Positions 52,330 through 62,000 of a stretch of 62,000 bases of DNA are shown here, piece by piece (within the stretch, counting starts at the first letter, position 1; every line of letters starts with the position of its first letter). This DNA is from Octopus vulgaris (taxonomy: Eukaryota): the NCBI GenBank assembly GCA_951406725.2, contig OX597823.1, positions 38,212,001 to 38,274,000 on the forward strand, given 5' to 3'. The translations under genes were made by a program, and so were the position numbers. A model generated the notes under the pieces. That model had not been told where the DNA came from and made no database searches. It saw only the letters and a list, made by a program, of their open reading frames with translations.

Positions 52330-52671
52330 CTGAAGACAAAAAAGAAAAGAAGCTGAAAAGGCTGATTTCCCATTTCTCTGAGACAATGGGCAAAGGAACA
52401 TTTTGGTTGAGAACATTTGCTTTGAAATATGAGAATTCATTTTTACTTTCGGGACAAACTTATTGATGTCAGCTCAAAAATCATAGCAGAAACTTTTCCT
52501 GAAATTCCAAAACAACCAGCCATTTTTTTCTCACATACATTCCACACAGCTCATCATTCATCCATCACACCAGGAGCATCACTTTTCATTTTGAACTCAA
52601 CAAAGACAGGCATGCTGTTGAAATATCGTTCAAAATATCTATTACAATCACATTGTGCTCCTCATATTGTC

Positions 52672-52712
<41 letters not shown>

Positions 52713-52714
<2 letters not shown>

Positions 52715-55330
52715 TACTTTTAATCTGTATGTTTGTTACAATCATTTGCCGAGACACAACCCTTGTTACAATCACTTGCCAAGACACAGCCCTTGTTATA
52801 ATCACTTGCTGAGACACATCTCTTGATTTCACTTGCTCCGGCTAATTCTATAAGAGTGAACAACAGCCTGTTGTTAAGGTCTCACAGTGTCTCTTTCCAT
52901 GACACTTAACATCCATGTGCCAATCTCAAAATTCCTCAGTAATGCAGGTTTCTGAGAATTGTTCTGCCCCCATGTCAATCCCAATTTCTCCAACAAATTT
53001 CTCAGATCATGTTGGTAATGCTCCCAGTACCCCTACAACTACTGGGATGACAGTCACTTTCTTCATTGCTGATAGTCATAGAACCTTATCTTTTAGTGGC
53101 TTATACTTCTCAATCTTTTCCAGTTCTTTAGCATCAAATCATACAACTCCAAGTATGGCAATATCTATGATCTTGAAGGCGGCGAGCTGGCAGAAACGTT
53201 AGCATGTGGGCGAAATACTTAGCAGTATTTTGTCTGTCTTTACATTCTGAGTTGATAATTGAATGCCAGTTGTGTACTGGGTCGATCTAATCAACTGGCC
53301 CCCACTCTCCACAAAAATTTCGGGCCTTGTGCCATGACTATAAAAGAATATCTATGATCTTGATTTCCTTCATCATTTTTTCAACTACAACAATGTTTAT
53401 ATTATTATTATTTTCATATACACTCAACAGATTAGACTGTTGGAAAAGAAAAAATCCTAACACCAGGCTACAAGTAACCTAAGCACCTGATCTATTCGGA
53501 TTAGGAAATTCCATAAGATTTTGCAGGTCTCTGATTTTACCACTCCCTGTGGTTTGTGCTCAAACCACGTCTTGCCTACTTCTAGACCACACTTTTCACA
53601 CAGTTTCCAATGTAACACTTTCATTACTTTATTGTGTCACCTCAACTTGTACTAGTTTGGGCAAGCTGAGGGCATTCATTCATGATATGGGCAATGGTTT
53701 CATCAACTCTGGTGCAGTGGAAACACTTGCTCATTTCTAAGGTTGACCATCTAATTAGTGGCCAAAGCTTGATCTTGTACTACCAGTACTGTGCTCTCAG
53801 TTTCTTTTATCAGTGCTCATTTCTTTAGCCAGTCCCACCTATGTTTTCCAGCAGCTACATGGGATTGATTGTTTAGTCCCTTGTTGCATAGTGCTACTTC
53901 ATGTCCTTCTTGTACTTCTCGTTTTGTTCTTTTCTTTTTCCCTGATTTCAATCAGCCCTTATTTTTAACTGACCCTAGCAAGGTTTCCTCACATTGGGAT
54001 AGATACTTCAGCAGGTTCCTCTCTTCATGTATAGACTATATCTGTGCCTGCACATGGATGATGGGCTCCATGCATCGTTAGGCACTTTCTTGTCTTCCCA
54101 TCCTACTCTTTTAGTTCATCCTCCATCCACTTCCGAATTCCAGCCCCATACTGAACCACTTCAGCTGCATGCAAGTTTATTGTCAAAATTATGATTTTGT
54201 CATTCAACTTTGAATTCAAAATTTTTCTCAATTGTTGATACTCGTCTTTTCTTTCCTTTCATATTATTATTATCATTCTATGTTTGACTTTTGCTTTATG
54301 TCTGTACAAGTTGGCTCCAAGTCTCACCCAGAGACCTCAAGAGACAACAGGTTGGAAGTTCTGTGCCATATATTTGGGTTTTTTTTTTTTTTTGGTGTTG
54401 TACTAGTGAATGTCTAATACATAAAAATAAAATTAAAAAAAAAAAAAAATAAATAAATAAAAAAGTTCGTTTTAAACCTTGGGATTACATAGAGAGTATT
54501 TTGCGTAGGATATGAGCAGTTCCCATGAGCACTATCTTTTGAATTTCTGCCATTTTGGGGTTTCCTGGTATCTGAGTTAGGTAGCAATCAGTCCCTTTTC
54601 GCTATCATTCCCAGGGCACCTATGACAACAGGTATTGTTTTAGTCTTCAGCTTTCACATTTTGCTGATTTCTATTTCAAGATCTTTATATTTGCTCAGTT
54701 TTTGGTAGGTCTTGACAGATACGTTTATATCGATTGGGACAGTCATTATTAATATTATTATTATTATTATTATTATTATATGAAGACTCACAGCTTATTT
54801 TGCTGGGTATGGTGGACAGTGTCAGCTGTCCACAGCCAGCAGACTAAGGTGACATTTGTTTACTGGTCATGCTTCAAGAACACTGCAGAGAATTCTTCCA
54901 TTTCTAAGCAATGCTGATTTTTGTAGGTGTTCTACCTTCACACTTGCACCAATCTTTTTTCAGCCATGTTGGTAGTTGAGTGCTGATACTTCCAAGTGCA
55001 CCAACTACTATTGATACCACATCTACTCTTTTCATTGATCCCAACCTTCATATTTCCCACTTCAAATTGTCATAGTTGTTTTATTTTTTTCTTCTTGTTT
55101 CACATTGATCCTGTTGTCACCAGGGTGTGCTATGTTGATTATCATACATGTTCTTTCTTTTTTATTCACCACAACAATGTCTGGTCAGATAATTGCACTG
55201 GGTCATTGCATCCCACAGGATTTTGCAATTTTCATTTTCAGTTACTCCTTTTGGATTTTGCTCATACCACGCCTTTGCTCTTTGTAGGCTGTGATTTCCA
55301 CAGAGCTCCCAATGGAGCCATCATCATTGT
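52713..55330 (-). mobile_element. Four chained R4/Dong-like RLE-LINE fragments (52713-53385, 53410-54150, 54255-54745, 54780-55330)
   Basis: RLE C-terminal motifs such as KIEKYKPL..KKVTVIPVVVGVLG and DMTVP..LSKYKDL; every 3' end abuts (TTA)n; 30-bp x3 tandem in the first 3' UTR (52733-52822). Confidence 0.85.
53177..53346 (+). mobile_element. SINE family A with 17-bp target-site duplication
   Basis: AATATCTATGATCTTGA at 53160-53176 and 53347-53363. Confidence 0.9.
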
Positions 55331-55410
55331 TATTATCATTGCAGTAATGGAATATGAAGAACAAGCTATAACAAAATCATTCTGCATGCAACTGGATACA
55401 TGTGGGATAC

Positions 55411-55468
55411 CTAGGACTGGTCCTTGATGCAACACCAAAATATCTGGTTTAAGCAAATCAGATCTCAG
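55411..55468 (-). CDS. Candidate internal exon (LRSDLLKPDILVLHQGPVL)
   Basis: Acceptor CATTTTGTCTCATTTTCTGTCTAAG, donor TAG/GTATCC; only frame 0 open. Confidence 0.4.
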
Positions 55469-56164
55469 CTTAGACAGAAAATGAGACAAAATGATTATTA
55501 GATTAATTAATTTTCACCAAAATTGGTTGAATGGGAGTGATTGTGGATATGTAGCATGAGCTATCCCAGCAGCAAAATACCAGCCAACCAGCCTGTTAGC
55601 CAACCAACCAACCAACCAACCAACCAACAAACAAACAAACCAGTAGTTAGCTAAAAACTACTTTAGTGATATATTTCTGCTTTCGTTAGATGGCTGATTG
55701 CCATACTTTTTTTTCCAGAAAATATCAGAACTGATTGGAATGTTTGTCTTTTTGTATCTTATGAAGGGTTAGTTGGCTATGGTGTTAAGGTCTAGTTCTA
55801 TATTCCTAACATCAATTATATTTTTAGACTGGTCTGGTTGTTGATGTCTAGGAATGTGTTGAGGATATGACATTTTTAAAGATCCCTGATTATCAATAGG
55901 CATGGCTACTACATCTGAGGCACTTCTTTCTTTGTTTGAACTGCAGATGGGGCTAGGTCCATAGGTGAGGCACCAAATAGCTGATGTGTCCTCAACTATT
56001 CTTAGCCCCAACCCTATTTACATGCATTTGCGTAACCCCACATCATATTACATCATTTCATATTGTATCATATAGAATTATCCTCAATCTGTTTGTAAAC
56101 CTTTAGTGGTTAAAGAAATCGTCATTCTCATCATCGTCATCATCATCATCATCATCATCATTAT

Positions 56165-56525
56165 AAGGCAGCGAGCTGGCAAAATCATTAGCACACTGAG
56201 CAAAATGCTTGGTGGCGTTTCATCCATCTTCATGTTCTGAGTTCAAACTCTGCTAAAATTGACTTTGTCTGTCATCCTTTCAAGGTTAATAAAATAAATG
56301 TCAGTTGAACGCTGGGGAGAAGAGATGGTGAGGTGGCAGAATTGTAGCACACCAGACAAAATGCTTTGTAACATTTCATCCATCTTTAAATTCTAAGTTC
56401 AAATTCCACCATGGTCTTTCATCCTTTTGGGGTCAATAAAATAAGTACCAATCGAGTACTGGGGTTGATGTAATTGACTTATCTCCTCCCCCAAAGTTGC
56501 TGGTCTTATGTCAAAACTTGAAACC
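56165..56525 (+). mobile_element. Two tandem SINE family A copies ending in (TTA)n
   Basis: Two head/central-domain modules; tail runs into TATTATT at 56527-56555. Confidence 0.8.
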
Positions 56526-56554
56526 ACTATTATTATTATTATTATTATTATTAT

Positions 56555-57425
56555 AATGTTTGGATTTTGCTTTGTGGTTTGTACAAATTGAGTTCAAGTC
56601 TCACCCAGAGACCTTAAGAGACAGTATATTATAAGTTCAAGTGGGCATAATGATTAGGTTGTTGATAGCTGTCATGTTTTGGGGAAGAATGTTGTTTGGT
56701 GAGAGGGATGTGTTTTAATTGTGTACGTTGGGTTCATAAGAATTATTGCTTTCAAAAAATGTTTTTGATGACAAGTGAAAAAGGTTGTTTTGTTGTTTTG
56801 GAATTATATAGACAGTATTTTTTTTGTTTTTTTGTAGGATATGAGCAATTCCTGTGAGTTCTTTCTTTTTAATTTCTTTCATTTTTGGATTCCCTAGGAT
56901 TTGAAACAGGTAACATACTCAACCCCTTTTGTGAATATTCCTAAGGCACTTACAACCTTGGGTATTGTTCTAATCTTGAGTTTCCACATTTTATCAAATT
57001 CTATTTTAAGATCTTTGTACTTGCTCAATTTTTGGTTAGTTTTGACAGATACATTTATATCAGCTGGGACAGTCATATCGATGAGGAGGCATGATTTTCA
57101 TCTGAAATCTTTGAGCATAATGTCTAGCCTATTTGTATCTATTTTTCTGTCAGTTTGAACAAAAAAAAAAATTCCATTGGAGTAAGGTATGATCTTTTTT
57201 CAAGCACTGGAAGTGGTTTGCGCTTCCACCAGTTTCTATAATGGAACAAATCTAGATTCTTGTATATTACCCAGTTAATATACTGTGCAGCTCTGTCATG
57301 CTCGTTGAGATACTCTAAGGATCCAAGAGGGCTAGAAATAGAAACAATGTGATCAATGGTTCCTGACTGTTTTTTACACTCTTAACATGAGCTGCTGCTG
57401 TTCTGTAAGATGTTGGTCTGACAGA
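56555..57425 (-). mobile_element. R4/Dong-like RLE-LINE 3' fragment
   Basis: C..CKKQSGTIDHIVS (zinc-knuckle region), DIMLKD..CLLIDMTVPAD..KYKDLKIE..W..VSALG (PD..D-type RLE); 3' UTR paralogous to 54255-54370. Confidence 0.9.
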
Positions 57426-57657
57426 ATTTTCATTTCTTTCTTTAATTGTTATTGATCAGTATGAACGGGCTATCCCTAAGACCATTGTAAACACTCCAAG
57501 ACCAGTGAGATCAATGAAGTTAATGTTCTCAGCTGTTACACTCATTTAAAACATTTCTCCATATTTAATTAATTCCCAAAGTAAGAAGCACGAATGTTAT
57601 AATCCATCATTTCTGCCTAAACCTATGTAAAAAGATCACCATGATTGGGTATGAGGT

Positions 57658-57705
<48 letters not shown>

Positions 57706-57749
57706 CAGTAGTAGTAGTAATTCTTTGGCAAAACAAGATCATGGCCCAC

Positions 57750-57819
57750 TTTCAGTAGCCTAGTTTTATCTTGGGGGTTAGGAAAAACTATTAATATTCG
57801 AATTTCTCCTTTTCTATGT
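57750..57819 (-). CDS. Candidate internal exon (HRKGEIRILIVFPNPQDKTRLLK)
   Basis: Strong acceptor TTTTTTTGTTTTACTTTTATATTAATTACAG; one frame open; donor AAA/GTGGGC is weak. Confidence 0.4.
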
Positions 57820-58272
57820 CTGTAATTAATATAAAAGTAAAACAAAAAAACCATCCTCATTATTGTTAGTCATGCTTTATATCACCCACCTTCACAGAAT
57901 ATAATGATGTATTTTCCAAACATTACATAACATTAGGGAGTTATTTTGACAACTGCAGTTAGCTTAAAAAAAGAAAAGAAAAGCTTCATATAATGGTATA
58001 TATATTTAATACACAAAAACGTAGCAGGCAGGTTACCAACTTGTTGCCAAGGTGTAGGAAGAAAGAGCAGTAACTGTGTTAGTTGCTCAGCCTAAGAGTA
58101 CACAAATGATAAAGTATGATCTAATATGTCCCTAAATACATTTCACTACCATCTGTTTTATTATTGTTCATGTTTATTCTGAAAGTGCCTAATTCTGTTT
58201 CCCCTCTTTAAAGTATTTTCAGGGCATATTTATTACACACTATATAGTTTAGCTACCAGAGGCTAAGGTTAC

Positions 58273-58335
58273 TTTAAGCTTTCTTCTTGTGCTAGAAACT
58301 CTGTATTCTTTCTTCTTCTAAACTGTTTCTGATAG
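58273..58335 (-). CDS. Candidate internal exon (YQKQFRRRKNTEFLAQEESL)
   Basis: Acceptor ..TCTATTATAATAG, donor AAA/GTAACC; only one frame open and its phase 2 end matches the 57750-57819 candidate. Confidence 0.35.
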
Positions 58336-58904
58336 CTATTATAATAGATATGTAGAGTAAGTATTAAAAGGATTTCCTGACGCAGTTGATTGTATGAAAA
58401 ATCTACCCTAGCACTTATGTTATGTCTATCAAAATTATGATATTTAATACAGGAAAAGTCAACTGACTCGGTTGTTATTCAGTAACAGCTAGGTATGGAT
58501 CAGAGGTGAGGAGCCTTTCTAATGCCTGGGGCAAACTGAAAGTGCTGAAGTACCCATAGGGTTGTTTGTACCTGTTTTGAGAAAATAATGAATCTAATTT
58601 TATAAATTCATAGGTATGGCATTGGTAGTCAATTACTTGCTCCTAAGGTTTAAGCTGTTCCTTGTAGATTTTTAGAGATATTGTTTGTATTTGTATATCA
58701 TTTTAAATTTAAATACAGGCAAAATTTCACTGGCAGTTAATGGTGGTGGTGGGGAACCTCTTGTCCAAATGATTAGTTATTGCTGATATTTTCCTGAATT
58801 ACACTGTGTATCACGATTTTTATCCTTGGGTAGCAACTGTTCCCTAGAAAGCATAAGAATGGCTAATATTTCCTTCAAACTTTGCTTTTGTTACATTTAT
58901 TCAA

Positions 58905-59275
58905 GCCTTAAAGAGTCCCTCTCAATACATGGCTATGAAGTTCCCCACAACTCTTGCTCATCGTCAGAGATGTACATATTATCAGCCTCTAAGGGACATG
59001 TTCAAATGGTTAAAGTTAAGCAACTCTGTGGTATAGAGCAGAATATTTGCTATAACTACACTTCTGTTTCAGCAACTCAACACTGAATCTGTCTGAAATG
59101 TAATGGAGACTAGGTCAGTTTCAAAACATTTACGTCCAGATCACAAAAGCAAAGTTTGAAGGGAATAGTAATCATTTCCTTTGATTTCTAGATAGAAGAA
59201 ATAGGAAATAGCACTTACTGACCAAAGACAAAAGATAAATAAATAAATAAATAAATAAATGTTTTGTTACACAGT
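58905..59275. repeat. Family E copy (long match to 4575-4945)
   Basis: Alignable by eye over about 370 bp. Confidence 0.8.
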
Positions 59276-59489
59276 GTTATTGAAGTATAAATTTTTCTTT
59301 TTACTTCACCCTCTCCCATGTTCTCAAGTGCACAAATTTAAATCCATGCAAAGTAAAAAATAAATAAAAAACGCAAATTTAAAAATATATGAGATTACAA
59401 GCAAAAGAAAATCTTTATTGGCTACAGAAGAGATTTAAATGAAATTCTTGAAACTGTTAGAGTGAGTTAGATACGTTTTAGCCATTATT

Positions 59490-59870
59490 TGGTCTAGGCC
59501 ATGTGTAAATTAATAGAACCACTTGGGATAATCTTTTAAATTATGTTTTAGGAAACCACAGTCCTTTCAAGTGAAGTGATGTTATTTACTGAGATGTATC
59601 CAGGCATTGGTGGTTTATCTGGTATTTCTTAGAGGATTTTGTCGAGTTACCATTTAAATGTTATGGAGTTTCTTTCTCCTTTGATTTCTTTCGGAATAAT
59701 ATTGAATAAGCAGGACCAGTCAAAGTCAAAAAGTTGTATCACAATGTTGTTATGTAATGTAAACTCAATTTTGCTGAGGGTGTGTGGCTCTGGGGTTAAG
59801 TCTTGGGTAATTTGTGAGGTGGATACCAGCACTGTTTATATATTACTGATGAATATTTTCCACACTGAAA
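59490..59870 (-). mobile_element. Older CR1 3' fragment related to 8888-10018
   Basis: LFNIIPKEIK..LDKIL*EIPDKPPMPGYISVNN matches NITPKHIK..LDRFLQEIPDKPPTPGYVSVNN; 3' UTR GGTCTAGGCCATGTG matches GGCCCAGGCCATGTC. Confidence 0.8.
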
Positions 59871-61114
59871 ACATTATGTAGCAACTTTAGTTGCATTGCA
59901 GAGAATAAAATTTGAGCTTTCTGAAGTGATTCCAATAGGCAAAGCCTGTCATGCAATTTACTATTTTTCTTTTTCTTTTCCTTTGTGATTAGTCTCTGGG
60001 GGTGTTTCAATTCTTAGCATTCCAAGAAGAGTATCTGTGGAATAATTTCATTCTAGCATTGTTCTTATAAAAACAGAAAAGAGAGAGACAGAGATTGCCC
60101 TAGGAAAAGTTAATTTATTAGAAATGCTTACATTTTTCCAGTGAAATGTGCCATCTAAATGAAGCATATCACAGCTGAAGACTATTTACTTCTCCGTTTA
60201 TACAAATTATCAGTTTGGATGATAACAGTTCCACATAAAAATAAAAAAGAAGCCATTATTGTGCATGCTGTTAAATTTACAAGATTGAGAGTCAAGGTTG
60301 ATATGAATTAAAATGGATTGACTAACATGAATATTTTTGTTACATGGCTTTTAATTAGACAATCAGTAAATGTGCAGCTTCACTGATTGCTAACAAGACA
60401 ACTGACAAAGTAATCACTATAAAGTATATTATATTATTTAAATCATAGATTTTATTTTCTGTGGTTTAAAAAAAATAAAATGCTAAAATTATATGAAAAA
60501 ATTAGAATATAATACTTGTTAGAATCACAAGCAAATATTATCTTCAATTAATTGCTTTTTTTCAAAAAATTAAGTCTTCTTTTATCATGATAATATCTGT
60601 CTGTCTCTCTGTGTATATCTAAATATTTATCTTCCTAGTATGCTAGCATTTTTATGTGTGTTGCTAGACATACACTTACATATTACTTTCTGCTTGTCTC
60701 TCAATTTATCTCTATCTATATTTCTCCCTTTCACACACACACTCTCACACACTTACACTCACACACACAATCTCACCTTCATAGTTTTAACAATCACTTT
60801 TCCATGCTTGCATGGATCAGACAGAGTTTAATGAGGCAGGTTTTCTATGGAGGGATGCTCTTCCTGTCACCAACCTTCATCTGTTACCCAATAAGGTAAT
60901 ATTTCCCCAGGGCCAGACAAGTTTTTGCAGAATTATTAGAATGTCAGAAGAATTGCTTTGTGCTTCAGCTCTTTCCTTTCTGATTTCAATTCTCACAGGT
61001 GCTGTCTTTGCCTTTCATTCCTCTGAGGGCAATAAATAATGTACAGGGGCTGAAAGTAGACTACCCACTCGTTTAAAAAGTTCATATCTTGTGCCTCAAT
61101 GTAAAATCATTATT

Positions 61115-61771
<657 letters not shown>

Positions 61772-62000
61772 ATTGTTGTTGTTGTTATCTTATCTTTCCA
61801 CTCAGTGTAGGTGTTAATTGAACACAAGTATCAGTAATGGTAAAAGCAATCAAGAACAGTTTAGCTCCTGAATAGGGAATCATCCATCCTCCATGCTAGC
61901 TTGGGTTGGATGACATGGCAAAATCTGATCAGTCAGAGGACCTTGTTACACTTCACAGTTTGTGTTAGTATGGTTTCTGTGACTTGATGCCTTTCCTAAT

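Noticed and set aside
52440-52640. Extra minus-strand mini-exons (MPVFVEFKMKSDAP; KVSAMIFELTSISLSRK)
   Set aside because: They need weak donors and a ~70-nt intron, and the phase does not match the 52233-52329 candidate.
52733-52822. 30-bp x3 tandem as a CRISPR-like array
   Set aside because: Units are contiguous with no unique spacers and lie in a LINE 3' UTR of a eukaryotic genome.
57657-57720. (CAG)n as a polyglutamine or polycysteine coding tract
   Set aside because: No plus-strand ORF context; on the minus strand it falls just inside the proposed intron and ends in a stop.

Overview
AT-rich, repeat-dominated eukaryotic DNA. The SINE and RTE-tail repeats look like octopus (coleoid cephalopod) genomic DNA, which is an inference from remembered repeat families. 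Almost every ORF in the track is a microsatellite artefact or a transposon fragment. Recognisable elements: RTE and CR1 LINE fragments, at least seven R4/Dong-like RLE-LINE fragments chained through (TTA)n, two clades of Penelope GIY-YIG remnants, five Tc1/mariner-superfamily fragments, a probable solo LTR, two long-TIR foldback elements (one with near-perfect 330-bp arms) and several tRNA-type SINE families. Six minus-strand exon candidates between 28.8 and 58.3 kb may belong to one large host gene, which I cannot name. The strongest recurring signal is a set of eight type-I hammerhead-ribozyme-like motifs from about six unrelated small non-coding elements. They include two head-to-head hairpin elements, a tRNA-headed element with a hammerhead tail, and a 466-bp retrozyme-like unit, mostly lodged in (TA)n tracts. 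All motifs were folded by eye and each deviates from the catalytic consensus at one or more positions, so activity is unproven.
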